A stretch of 64,000 bases of DNA from positions 3,210-67,209 of the forward strand of contig CAZDPT010000003.1 in the NCBI GenBank assembly GCA_964507665.1. Direction: 5' to 3'. This document shows positions 28,052-37,907 of the stretch, one piece after another. The notes below the pieces were generated by a model. The model saw only the letters and a list, made by a program, of their open reading frames with translations, was not told the DNA's origin and did not search any database. This DNA is from an uncultured Candidatus Saccharibacteria bacterium. Its GTDB lineage: Bacteria > Patescibacteriota > Minisyncoccia > Minisyncoccales > CAYZYK01. The first letter of the stretch is position 1, and every line of letters starts with the position of its first letter. A program made the position numbers and the translations under genes.

Positions 28052-28057
28052 ACTCCC
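28033..28057 (-). terminator. terminator after the 180-aa gene, overlapping the tRNA promoter -35
   Basis: Minus strand: GGGAG-TTTGA-CTCCT hairpin (28057-28043), then CC and T8 (28040-28033). Confidence 0.5.
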
Positions 28058-28078
28058 AAAAACTTTTTAAATCATCTA

Positions 28079-28621
28079 TCAAAGCATTCCAAGGTCACGA
28101 AGAGCTCTTTCATACATTCCTATAATTTTTTTAGCTTTCTCCAAATCTAACTTAAAATCTGGATCATAAACAACAGAATTCCTAATTTCATGAGCTGCCC
28201 TTACCTCTTTTTTGTTAAGGGGTTGGTCTTTCCCAACTTTTTCAATCCTACTTTCAAAATCCTCTCCTTTGTAACCTTTCTTTTCTAATATTTCATTTAA
28301 AAAGTCATCTGCTTCAATTATAGCCAATTTATATTCTGATTCAGTTTCCTCTTCTATTCGGGATTTTATTTCATCCCATCTTTTCATAATTTTTATAAAA
28401 CCATAAGGTTTCCAAGAAAGAAATTCCACTATATCATACCAAAAATTCTCTTTGATGTAACTGCTTACAACAAGAAAATAAATGATAGCTACAAAAAATA
28501 CTGCTGTGAAAAATAAAAAAACTACTTTTACTGGAAAAAGTTTTTGTTGAAGTTCAGCAGAACTAATAAAAGAAATTATTTCTCTCATTTGAGGAGAATT
28601 GAAGAAAGCAAATAAAAACAT
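28079..28621 (-). CDS. hypothetical membrane protein
   Basis: N-terminal TM segments with an acidic/helical C-terminal half. No family recognised. Confidence 0.55.
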   Translation of the reverse strand: MFLFAFFNSPQMREIISFISSAELQQKLFPVKVVFLFFTAVFFVAIIYFLVVSSYIKENFWYDIVEFLSWKPYGFIKIMKRWDEIKSRIEEETESEYKLAIIEADDFLNEILEKKGYKGEDFESRIEKVGKDQPLNKKEVRAAHEIRNSVVYDPDFKLDLEKAKKIIGMYERALRDLGML

Positions 28622-28630
28622 TTTTAAATA

Positions 28631-30052
28631 TTAAATTATTTTTTCAACTAACTTTCCTGCTTGAAGCACCTTTTTATCAGAAAATTTTCTTCCAATTATT
28701 TGTAATCCAACTGGTAAATTATTAACTTCGCCTGCAGCTAAAGAAAGACCTGGAAGTTCAGCTAAATTCACAGGAACAGTAAAAATATCAGCAAGATACA
28801 TAGAAAGAGGGTCTTTGGTTTTCTCTCCGATTTTAAAAGCAACTGTTGGGGAAGTAGGTCCAAAAATTAAATCTACTTTTTTAAACGCCTTTTTAAAATC
28901 ATTTTTTATTAAACTTCTTATCTGTTGGGCTTTAAGGTAATAAGCATCATAGTAACCCGAAGATAAACTGTAAGTTCCCAACATAATTCTTCTCTTAACT
29001 TCATCCCCAAAACCCTCTCCTCTGGTTTTTAAATAAACATCTAATAAATTTTTTCCTTTCTGATTTGAATATCCATATTTTATTCCATCATATCTTGCTA
29101 AATTAGCACTTGCCTCAGAGGGGGCTATTATGTAATAAGCAGCTAAAGCGTATTTAGTATGAGGTAAACTAATTTTCTCTATTTTCGCTCCTTTTTTCTC
29201 AATTTTTCTGAGTGATTCTTTAATAACTTCCTTTACTTCAGGAACAATACCTTCTCTGAAATACTCTTCTGGAACTCCAATTTTTAACTCTTTGATTCCT
29301 TCAAAAGAAGATTCCTCTTTTCTTAATTCTTGACTGGTTGAATCAAAGGGATCTTTTCCAGAAATTACATCAAAAACTATTTCAGCATCCTCTACTGTTT
29401 TGGTAATGGGTCCTATCTGATCTAATGAGGAGCCAAAAGCAACCAAACCATACCTTGAAACAGTACCATATGTTGGTTTAAATCCAACTACTCCACAAAA
29501 ACTGGCTGGTTGGCGTATTGAGCCCCCAGTATCAGAACCTAAAGCAAAACAAGATTCTGCTGTAGCTACCGCCGCTGTTGAACCCCCCGAGGAACCACCA
29601 GGAACGCAGCTCCGGTCATGAGGATTTTTTGTTGGCCCGAAAGCAGAATTCTCAGTTGAAGAACCCATTGCAAACTCATCTAAATTTGTTTTTCCTAAGA
29701 TTATACCTTTCTCTGCTTTAATTTTTTCAATAACAGTTGCGTTATAAGGAGCCTCATAATCTCTTAAAATCTTGGAGCCAGCAGTACACTTCTCTCCTCT
29801 AACTAAAATATTATCTTTTACAGCAAAAGGTATTCCAGCCAAAGAAGGTAATTCTCTTCTTTCAAAAATCATCTCATCTACTTTTTTAGCCTGTCTCTTT
29901 GCTAATTCTTCTGTAGTAGAAAGAAAAGCAGAAATCTTTTTGTCTTTTCTTCCTATATTTTCCAAATATGCCTCAGTTAACTCTTCAGCAGAAAAATCTT
30001 TTCTTCTTAATCCTTGATTTATATCTTTTATTGTTAATTCAGCAACATCCAT
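28631..30052 (-). CDS. gatA: Glu/Asp-tRNA amidotransferase subunit A
   Basis: Amidase signature [12 protein letters not shown]; 473 aa. Confidence 0.95.
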   Translation of the reverse strand: MDVAELTIKDINQGLRRKDFSAEELTEAYLENIGRKDKKISAFLSTTEELAKRQAKKVDEMIFERRELPSLAGIPFAVKDNILVRGEKCTAGSKILRDYEAPYNATVIEKIKAEKGIILGKTNLDEFAMGSSTENSAFGPTKNPHDRSCVPGGSSGGSTAAVATAESCFALGSDTGGSIRQPASFCGVVGFKPTYGTVSRYGLVAFGSSLDQIGPITKTVEDAEIVFDVISGKDPFDSTSQELRKEESSFEGIKELKIGVPEEYFREGIVPEVKEVIKESLRKIEKKGAKIEKISLPHTKYALAAYYIIAPSEASANLARYDGIKYGYSNQKGKNLLDVYLKTRGEGFGDEVKRRIMLGTYSLSSGYYDAYYLKAQQIRSLIKNDFKKAFKKVDLIFGPTSPTVAFKIGEKTKDPLSMYLADIFTVPVNLAELPGLSLAAGEVNNLPVGLQIIGRKFSDKKVLQAGKLVEKII

Positions 30053-30067
30053 AAGTAATAAAATTAA

Positions 30068-30367
30068 TTAATTCTTTTTCGGCCCAAAGATAGATTTTAC
30101 TCTAACATATCCTTTTTCTTTTTTAGGAACAGCTTGAAATAATTTGTTGATAATTTCTTTTTCCTGTTTTTCTACTTTGTCTTCTCTGGTTACATTCTCA
30201 TTTTCTTTTTTAAAACTGGTTTTTCCAGAAGAAGGCTCGGCTTCCTTTAGTAATTCAAAATAATCTAAAATTGAAGATAGCTCACTTTGCATCTTTTCTA
30301 TCTCTTTTTTCTTTAATCCTAATCGAGCTAATTTTGCAATATGTTTTACTTCTTTTTTGGAAACCAT
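30068..30367 (-). CDS. gatC: Glu/Asp-tRNA amidotransferase subunit C
   Basis: 99 aa. VKHIAKLARLGL N-terminus. Immediately upstream of gatA. Confidence 0.85.
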   Translation of the reverse strand: MVSKKEVKHIAKLARLGLKKKEIEKMQSELSSILDYFELLKEAEPSSGKTSFKKENENVTREDKVEKQEKEIINKLFQAVPKKEKGYVRVKSIFGPKKN

Positions 30368-30379
30368 AAAAGTATATAA

Positions 30380-31432
30380 TTATTTAGGAATTTCTTTATT
30401 TTCTGCCATAGAAAATACTTCAGAAAGGCTATCAAAGTTTTCCAGGGCTTTGCCTGCCCCTCGAACTACTGTAGTTAAAGGATCTTCAATAACCTGAACA
30501 GGAACTTTAGTTTCTCTTCTAACTAAAACATCAAGATTTTTTAATAAAGAACCACCTCCGGAAAGATAAATTCCGTTTGTCATCACATCGGTAATCAATT
30601 CAGGAGGAGTTTCCTCAACAGTTGTTTTTATAGTATTAATAATCTGTTTTACTGATTTCTGTAATGCCTTTTGAATATCTTTATTACTAACTACTACTTC
30701 TTCTGGTAAACCTGTAACTAGATTTCTACCTCGCATTGGCATCTCAGTTTTTTCTTTTTGGGGTATAGCTGAACCAATATTTATTTTAATTTTCTCTGCT
30801 GTTCTTTCTCCAATCAAAAGCTTATACTCTTTCTGAGCAAATTGAATAATATCTTCATTAAGTTTATCTCCCGCCACTCTCAAACTTCTGGAAGAAACAA
30901 TTCCACCAAGGGAAATCACAGCAACTTCAGTCGTTCCTCCACCAATATCCACAATGAAGTTTCCTCCCGGTTCTTGAATAGCAAGCCGAGCTCCAATAGC
31001 TGCTGCAACTGGCTCCTCAATTAAAAATACAGTTCGGGCTCCTGCATTTTTTGCAGCATCTCGAACTGCCTTTTTTTCAACTTCTGTCACTCCACAAGGA
31101 ATTCCGATTATAACTCTGGGGAGATATCTTAATAAGAATCTTTTCTTATTTGATTTATCAATAAAATATTTTAGCATTTGTTCTGTAACTTCAAAATCAG
31201 AAACAACTCCACTCACTAAGGGACGAGAAGCTGTAATGTGAGAAGGAGTCCTACCGACCATCTCTTTTGCTTCCTTTCCAATTGCTAAAATTTGACCTGT
31301 CTTTTCATTGACAGCAACAACGGAGGGTTCATTGATAACAATTCCTCTATTACGGATATAAACTAAAGAATTAGCAGTTCCCAAATCAATAGCCATATCC
31401 ACCGATAAATAAGAAAGGAGTTTATTTAACAT
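30380..31432 (-). CDS. mreB: MreB-type actin homolog (paralog 2)
   Basis: DLGTANSLVY and DIGGGTTEVAVISLGG actin-fold motifs; 350 aa. Confidence 0.9.
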   Translation of the reverse strand: MLNKLLSYLSVDMAIDLGTANSLVYIRNRGIVINEPSVVAVNEKTGQILAIGKEAKEMVGRTPSHITASRPLVSGVVSDFEVTEQMLKYFIDKSNKKRFLLRYLPRVIIGIPCGVTEVEKKAVRDAAKNAGARTVFLIEEPVAAAIGARLAIQEPGGNFIVDIGGGTTEVAVISLGGIVSSRSLRVAGDKLNEDIIQFAQKEYKLLIGERTAEKIKINIGSAIPQKEKTEMPMRGRNLVTGLPEEVVVSNKDIQKALQKSVKQIINTIKTTVEETPPELITDVMTNGIYLSGGGSLLKNLDVLVRRETKVPVQVIEDPLTTVVRGAGKALENFDSLSEVFSMAENKEIPK

Positions 31433-32687
31433 GATTCAATTCAGAATTTAAAAAATTAATTATTTCTTTGTTCTTAATAAATTTTTCTTTTTTTTGATCT
31501 CTTTTTTTAATCTCAATTGAATCTTCCTTAAGTGTTTTCTGACTTATTACTATCCTGTAAGGAATTCCTATTAAGTCAGCTTCTGCAAATTTCTCCCCAG
31601 CAGTCTTTTGGGGTCTATCATCATATAATACTTCAATTTCTTCTTTTTGTAAATCTTGATATAGTTTCTGGGCTGATTTTTTAACTATCTCACTGTTTCC
31701 AATCTGAATTAAATGGACCTCAAAAGGAGCAACCTCAATTGGCCAAATAATACCTTTTTTATCGTTACAAATCTCAACAATTGTTCCCATCAGTCTCCCT
31801 ATTCCAATTCCATAACAACCCATCACTACTGGTTGCTTTTTTCCTTTCTCGTTTTTAAAAAAGAGCCCGAGATCTTCTGAGTACTTTGTACCTAATCGAA
31901 AAGTATGACCCACTTCAATACTAGAAGCTTGTTCTAATTTTCCTTCACAAATAGGACAATCCTGACCTGGTTTTACTTCAGCTACTTCTAAATTTGTTGC
32001 CCAGTTGCAATTAGGACAAAAAATTATTTTATCTTCTCCTGTCTTTGCTAAAACTTGAAACTCATATGTTTTCTCGGAGGTAAAAACTCCACCCGATGCT
32101 TCTGTCTTTATAGCCTGTAAGCCACAACGTTTATAGATTTTCTGATAAGCTACTAAAACTTTATTAAAAAAATGATCCAATCCTTCTTTGTTTTTATTAA
32201 AACTATAAAGGTCTTTCATCATAAACTCTCGGGTTCTGAGAAGACCCCCAGTAGCCCGAACCTCATTCCTAAACTTATTTTGTATTTGATAAAGATAAAA
32301 AGGTAAATCTTTGTAGGATTGCACCCGAGAAGCAGCAAGAGAGGTAATTACTTCTTCATGAGTTGAACCCAGAGCAAATTCTCTCTGATGTTGATCTTGA
32401 AGTCGGAAAAGAGGAGGATCCATATTGTCCCAACGGTTTGTTTTTTTCCAAATTTGTTTAGGTTGAAGTGTAGGCAAAAAAACTTCCTGTCCCCCAATAT
32501 TATTCATTTCTTCTCGAATAATATTTTCTATTTTTCTATGAACTCGCAAACCCAAAGGTAAGAAACTGTAAATCCCCGATGCCAATTGAGAAATAAACCC
32601 TCCTCTTAAAAGTAACTTATGAGAAATAATTTTTGCTTCTCTGGGAGCTTTCTTTTTTGTTTTTAAAAAAAGGTTTGATTGCCTCAT
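31422..32687 (-). CDS. proS: prolyl-tRNA synthetase, short form without the INS editing domain
   Basis: Bacterial-type N-terminus (SNLFLKT...HKLLLRGGFI). Class II motifs. A CPNC...CPIC zinc ribbon sits where INS normally lies; 421 aa. Confidence 0.88.
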   Translation of the reverse strand: MRQSNLFLKTKKKAPREAKIISHKLLLRGGFISQLASGIYSFLPLGLRVHRKIENIIREEMNNIGGQEVFLPTLQPKQIWKKTNRWDNMDPPLFRLQDQHQREFALGSTHEEVITSLAASRVQSYKDLPFYLYQIQNKFRNEVRATGGLLRTREFMMKDLYSFNKNKEGLDHFFNKVLVAYQKIYKRCGLQAIKTEASGGVFTSEKTYEFQVLAKTGEDKIIFCPNCNWATNLEVAEVKPGQDCPICEGKLEQASSIEVGHTFRLGTKYSEDLGLFFKNEKGKKQPVVMGCYGIGIGRLMGTIVEICNDKKGIIWPIEVAPFEVHLIQIGNSEIVKKSAQKLYQDLQKEEIEVLYDDRPQKTAGEKFAEADLIGIPYRIVISQKTLKEDSIEIKKRDQKKEKFIKNKEIINFLNSELNHVK

Positions 32688-32690
32688 AAA

Positions 32691-33794
32691 TTAACTAATT
32701 AAATTTGTTATATCCTTTATTGTTACCCAAATCATAAGACCAACCAATAAGGTAAAGAAAATAGCATTAATATTCTGTTCTATCTTTCTGTTGATAGGAC
32801 TTCCTTTTAATTTCTCTATTCCTAAAAAAAGTAATCTTCCCCCATCCACTGCTGGAATAGGCAAAAGATTAAAAATGGCAAGGTAAATTGAAATTACAGC
32901 TATAAATTGCAAAAAGTAATTAATTCCTAAAGTAAAATGTTGGGAAACTAATTTAGTAATTCCTACCGGGCCCATAACCTGGACTCCTGTCTCTTGTCCC
33001 CGAATCAATTTAAATAAAGCAGATCCCAAACCATAAATTACACCGTAAGTTACTTGAGCTGAATTTTGTATTGCTCTAAGCGGAGCTATATACCAAGGAT
33101 AAGATAGAACCGTAGCCCTTACCAAAGCCACTCCTATCGAACCCTCCCCCGAGGGCGGAGAAACTCTGGGAGTAAGAGAAACATCAAACTCTTCATTTCC
33201 TCTCTTTATACCTAAAATAATCTTTTCTCCTTTGTGTGATCCTGTAAATACTTGAATTTGGTTCACTTTATTTATTTCAATCTTCTCGGTTCTATCTTTC
33301 GTTTGCATAAAAATAATTCTATCTCCCGGTTGTATTCCTGCTCCTTGAGCTGGAGAATCAGCACTAACTCCACTGATTAAAACCTTTGGGGGTTGAGTAG
33401 CTTTTTTCAATAAGTCACTGCTTGCCTGATCGGAAATAGCAGTTGGCACACCTATCATAAAAACAATAGAGAAAATAATAACAGCTATTATCCAAAAAGT
33501 TAAAACCCCTGCAAAAATAATAATTGCTCTCTGCCATATTGGCTTCTGGGAAAAACTCCTTGAATCTTCTATTTCTTTATCTTCTCCATAAATCTTAACA
33601 AAAGCACCAAATGGTAAAAGATTTAAAGAATAAATCGTCTCTCCAATCTTTTTTCCAAAAATCCGAGGAGGATAACCTATACCAAATTCCTCAACCTTTA
33701 TTCCAAACTTTTTAGCTGCAATAAAATGACCCAATTCATGTAAAATCACCAACCCGATTAAACTGGCAATAGCAATAAAAATAGTATAAATCAT
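32691..33794 (-). CDS. rseP: site-2 (M50) zinc metalloprotease RseP family
   Basis: HELGHF zinc site, a PDZ-like middle and NLLPIPAVDGG; 367 aa with several TM helices. Confidence 0.9.
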   Translation of the reverse strand: MIYTIFIAIASLIGLVILHELGHFIAAKKFGIKVEEFGIGYPPRIFGKKIGETIYSLNLLPFGAFVKIYGEDKEIEDSRSFSQKPIWQRAIIIFAGVLTFWIIAVIIFSIVFMIGVPTAISDQASSDLLKKATQPPKVLISGVSADSPAQGAGIQPGDRIIFMQTKDRTEKIEINKVNQIQVFTGSHKGEKIILGIKRGNEEFDVSLTPRVSPPSGEGSIGVALVRATVLSYPWYIAPLRAIQNSAQVTYGVIYGLGSALFKLIRGQETGVQVMGPVGITKLVSQHFTLGINYFLQFIAVISIYLAIFNLLPIPAVDGGRLLFLGIEKLKGSPINRKIEQNINAIFFTLLVGLMIWVTIKDITNLIS

Positions 33795-33805
33795 GTTATT
33801 AAATA

Positions 33806-34363
33806 TTACTTCTTAGAAATTTCTTCTTTTTTATTCTCTGCTATTTTTTCTATCTTCTGGTTGTACTCATCTATCAATTCTTGAAGTTTATCTTTTCCTT
33901 TGTATTTTTCATCTTCCCCCATCTTTCCTTCTTGAAAAATATCTTGAATCTCATCCCAAGCCTCTTTCCTCCAATGTCTTATGGTTTGGCGTGCTTGTTC
34001 AGTCTTTTCAGACAAAATTTTAACTAAGTTATCCCTTCGTTCTTCACTCAAAAATGGAAGTTTTAACCGAATAATTCCCCCGTTTACATTAGGAGTTAAT
34101 CCTAAGTCAGATTTAGAAATAGCTTTTTCAATAGATTCAATGTAAGATTTATCCCAAGGTTCAATAACAATTTGATTAGATTGAAGACAAGAAATTGAAC
34201 CCAATTCCTTTACAGTCATCTTTTGACCAAAACAGTCAACTTCAATATCTTCAACTAAAGAAGGAGTCGCCCTTGAAGTCCTAAGTTTAGCAACTTCACC
34301 TTTGAAATAATCAAGAGCTTTATCTAATTCTGGTTTAATTTTATCAATAATTTTTTGATACAT
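33806..34363 (-). CDS. frr: ribosome recycling factor
   Basis: 185 aa. LRTSRATPSLVEDI and NGGIIRLKLPFLSEERR motifs. Confidence 0.93.
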   Translation of the reverse strand: MYQKIIDKIKPELDKALDYFKGEVAKLRTSRATPSLVEDIEVDCFGQKMTVKELGSISCLQSNQIVIEPWDKSYIESIEKAISKSDLGLTPNVNGGIIRLKLPFLSEERRDNLVKILSEKTEQARQTIRHWRKEAWDEIQDIFQEGKMGEDEKYKGKDKLQELIDEYNQKIEKIAENKKEEISKK

Positions 34364-34401
34364 AACTGAAAGATTAAAAGTTTATAAATTAATATTTTAA
34401 A

Positions 34402-35376
34402 TTATAATTTAGCAAAAAAAACTTCAAGCCCTAATTTAGGCTTCACATTAGTATAAGAGGTTAAAAAAATCAGCTTGTTTATAAACTTAATTATCTTCTT
34501 TATTTTCGAAACAGAAAAGGACTCAATTCTCTTTGTTGGTGAAGGAAAATAATCAAACTCAGGCAACTTTATCCTTCCTATTTTTTTAAGTAAAAGACAC
34601 CTAAAATATCTTTGTGACACTTCTAAAAATTTATTCAATTCAAAATAATTATCCTGAGATATTTTTTTAGCAAGTTTGAACCTAAAGTCAAAATTTGATT
34701 CAGATATTTCTAAAATCTTATTCAAAATATTTTTTTCTTGTTTTAATTTGTCAGGATTAGAGAGAAAATCTATGGCTCTACCTGGTTTCCCCTGAGAAAC
34801 CCCCGCCAGCATTTCTGCTTTGTCTCCACTTATCTCATAGTTTGATCCAAGGTATTTCTTAATTCTATCAAATGAAACAGGAAAAAACTTTATTACCTGA
34901 CACCTGGAATATATAGTGGGTAATAACATCTCAGGATGAGATGAAATTAAAATTAATAAGGTTTTTCCTTTAGGTTCCTCTAAGGTCTTTAATAAAGAAC
35001 CTTGAGCTTCTTTATTCATTTTCTCTGCTCTGTCAACAATAACTGCTTTCTGGGAGCCAAGAGAGGGTTTGAAACTTAAAAAATGTTGAAGTTCTCTTAT
35101 CTTATTAATTTTAATCTTTTCTTTTTCTCCACTTACAACAAACAAATCAGGATGTCTTCCTTTTTTAATTAGTTTCTCTTCTCTGTTCTCTGTTTGGGTA
35201 TCTTCCTGAGTCTTCTCTTTGCCTTCTTTGAGAATAAACTTGATAAACTCCATAGCAACTTTTCTTTTTCCTAAAGAATCAGAGCCCGCAAACAACAAAG
35301 CATGGGCTAATCTGTTTTTTTTGAAACTTTTTTTTAAAAAATCTCTTTGTTTTTGATGTCCACAAATTGTTGACAT
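34402..35376 (-). CDS. holB: DNA polymerase III delta' subunit
   Basis: AHALLFAGSDSLGKRK Walker-like motif, LLKTLEEP, YSRCQVIKF. Confidence 0.85.
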   Translation of the reverse strand: MSTICGHQKQRDFLKKSFKKNRLAHALLFAGSDSLGKRKVAMEFIKFILKEGKEKTQEDTQTENREEKLIKKGRHPDLFVVSGEKEKIKINKIRELQHFLSFKPSLGSQKAVIVDRAEKMNKEAQGSLLKTLEEPKGKTLLILISSHPEMLLPTIYSRCQVIKFFPVSFDRIKKYLGSNYEISGDKAEMLAGVSQGKPGRAIDFLSNPDKLKQEKNILNKILEISESNFDFRFKLAKKISQDNYFELNKFLEVSQRYFRCLLLKKIGRIKLPEFDYFPSPTKRIESFSVSKIKKIIKFINKLIFLTSYTNVKPKLGLEVFFAKL

Positions 35377-35391
35377 AATAGGAAAATAATT

Positions 35392-36405
35392 TTATTTTAT
35401 TTTCTTTGACATTACAACTTTTTTGTAAGTATCCAAATTCTCAAGAACAGCTCCTGTACCTTTGACTACACAAAACAAAGGATCTTCTGCTACAAAACAA
35501 GGAACACCTACAGATTTTGCTATCAGACCATTAATATTAGGAAGCAAAGAACCCCCACCTGCCATTATCATTCCTTTATCCATCACATCTGCTGAAAGTT
35601 CAGGTGGAGTTTTCCTTAAAACTTGTCTTATTACTTCAGTTATAGAATTTAGGACATCTTGAATTGCCTCACAAATTTCATTGCTTGAAACCTTTATATT
35701 CCTTGGAAGACCGGCAACTAAATCTCTGCCTCTAATTTCCAATGTTTTTTCTTTCTTCTCGGGAAGAGCAGTACCAATCTTTATTTTAATCTCCTCTGCT
35801 GTTTGATCACCAATTGCTAGATTATATTCTTCCTTTATATACTCTGCTATAGCTCTATCTATCTTATCTCCCCCTGTTCTCAAAGACTGAGAAGTCACAA
35901 TTCCACCTAGAGAAATTACAGCAACTTCAGATGTTCCCCCACCAATATCAATAATCATGTGTCCTGAACAAGAGTTAATAGGAATTCCAGCTCCAATCGC
36001 AGCTAAAATAGGTTCTTTAGCAACAAAAGCTCTTTTGGCACCGGCGGTCTTTGCTGCTTCAATAACTGCCCTCTTTTCGGTACTAGTAATTCCAGCTGGA
36101 ACTGAAACCACTAATTCTGGCTTAAAAAATTTAATATGGCCTGCTGTTTTTTTAATAAAGTAACGTATCATAGCCTGAGTAACCCTGTAATCTGCTATTA
36201 CTCCATCTTGAAGCGGACGGTAAACTTGAATATCATCGGGGGTTCTACCTATCATTTCTTTTGCCTCTGCCCCCACTGCTAAAATTTTATTCTCAGAAAC
36301 AGAAATAGCAACAACTGAGGGTTCATTTAATACAACTCCCTTCCCTGGAATTAGAACTAAGGAATTACAGGTACCAAGATCAATAGCAATTTTCGATGAA
36401 AACAT
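35392..36405 (-). CDS. mreB: MreB-type actin homolog (paralog 1)
   Basis: DLGTCNSLV and DIGGGTSEVAVISLGG motifs; 337 aa. Confidence 0.9.
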   Translation of the reverse strand: MFSSKIAIDLGTCNSLVLIPGKGVVLNEPSVVAISVSENKILAVGAEAKEMIGRTPDDIQVYRPLQDGVIADYRVTQAMIRYFIKKTAGHIKFFKPELVVSVPAGITSTEKRAVIEAAKTAGAKRAFVAKEPILAAIGAGIPINSCSGHMIIDIGGGTSEVAVISLGGIVTSQSLRTGGDKIDRAIAEYIKEEYNLAIGDQTAEEIKIKIGTALPEKKEKTLEIRGRDLVAGLPRNIKVSSNEICEAIQDVLNSITEVIRQVLRKTPPELSADVMDKGMIMAGGGSLLPNINGLIAKSVGVPCFVAEDPLFCVVKGTGAVLENLDTYKKVVMSKKIK

Positions 36406-36452
36406 ATTATATCCGTGGCTCTTGCTTTAAAGTTAATATTAAGATAAATTTA

Positions 36453-37715
36453 TTAAACTTCAACCCGCTTTATGTCACCTCCTAGGTTTTGTAATCTCTC
36501 TTCAATTTTTTCATATCCTCTATCTATCTGAAAAATATTCTCAATAGTAGTTACACCTTTTGCCATCAGGCCTGCAATAACCAAACAAGCTCCTGCTCTA
36601 ATATCCCACGACTCAATATTCACCCCCTTCAATTCCGTAGGACCGAAAATAAAGGCTCGGTGAGGATCTACAATCTCAATATCTGCCCCCATTTTTCTTA
36701 ACTCTTGAGTATAATTAAATCTATTTTCATACAAGGGATCATGGATTAAGCTTTTTCCTTCAGCTTTGGTCAATAAAGGAATAATTATTGGTAACAAATC
36801 AGTTGGAAAGCCAGGATAGGGCAAAGCCTGCACCTCAACTGAATTTAAATCAGAGGAACCTTTAACAATAATAGAATCTTCATTTAATTTAAAATTTACT
36901 CCTATTTCTCTGAGTTTATTTAAAAATAGGTCCAAGTGTTCTAAATTTACATTTTTAACTTTAACTTTTCCGGGAGTTGCCCCTCCAATTACAATAAAAG
37001 TCCCAGCCTCTAAAGGATCAGGGATAATCTGATGAGAAACACCTCTTAATTGTTTTACACCTTCAATTTCGATAGTATGGGTACCTGCTCCTTTTATCTT
37101 AGCTCCCATTTTATTTAACATCTCAGCTAAATCTTGAACTTGAGGTTCTGCTGCAGCCCCCTTGATAATTGTTTTATCTTCAGCCAAAACAGCAGCTAAC
37201 ATAAGAGTCTCAGTTGCGGTTACACTAAATTCAGGGAGAACAATCTTTTTTCCTTTCAGTTTTTCAGACTCGATCTGATAAACCCCATTATCTTCTCTGG
37301 AAATTTTAACACCTAACTCTCGCAGAGAATCAAGGTGTACAGAAATAGGTCTTAATCCAATTCTATCTCCTCCAGGTGGTGGAATCTTAAAACTTCTCAC
37401 TCGAGAAAGCAAAGCCCCAAATAAAAGGACTGAAATCCTGGTTTTGGGAACTTTATTAAAATCCATTGTCTCAGGATCTAAAGAATCCGCTTTCACTTTA
37501 ACTTTCCTGCCTTTTCGCTCAACTTTCACCTTCATACTCTTTAAAACCTCAATTATATTAAAAACATCTTCAACTAAAGGAAGATTTCCAATTAAACATT
37601 CCTCTTTGGTAAGCAAGGTTGCTGTGAGAGCGGGTCCTGCTGCATTTTTGTAACCGCGTATTTCAACCTCTCCTTGGAGGGGTTTTTTTCCTTTAATTAC
37701 AAATTTTTCTGTCAT
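36453..37715 (-). CDS. murA: UDP-N-acetylglucosamine 1-carboxyvinyltransferase
   Basis: GYKNAAGPAL and an EPSP-synthase-fold repeat. The active-site loop PPGGDRIGLRP has Asp where E. coli has Cys115. Confidence 0.93.
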   Translation of the reverse strand: MTEKFVIKGKKPLQGEVEIRGYKNAAGPALTATLLTKEECLIGNLPLVEDVFNIIEVLKSMKVKVERKGRKVKVKADSLDPETMDFNKVPKTRISVLLFGALLSRVRSFKIPPPGGDRIGLRPISVHLDSLRELGVKISREDNGVYQIESEKLKGKKIVLPEFSVTATETLMLAAVLAEDKTIIKGAAAEPQVQDLAEMLNKMGAKIKGAGTHTIEIEGVKQLRGVSHQIIPDPLEAGTFIVIGGATPGKVKVKNVNLEHLDLFLNKLREIGVNFKLNEDSIIVKGSSDLNSVEVQALPYPGFPTDLLPIIIPLLTKAEGKSLIHDPLYENRFNYTQELRKMGADIEIVDPHRAFIFGPTELKGVNIESWDIRAGACLVIAGLMAKGVTTIENIFQIDRGYEKIEERLQNLGGDIKRVEV

Positions 37716-37907
37716 TTAGAACTTTATAGAGAACTTTTTAAAATATATTTTGTCTAGTTTATGATTTTATCTTAACCTAAAACAGGAAGGGTTTCAAGGT
37801 AAAGAAGAGCATTTCAGTTTGAAATTAGTGAATAACTAAAATAAAATAGAATATTATCTTTAAAAATAATTTTTAATTAATTCATATTTTGTCATATTAA
37901 AAATCTT

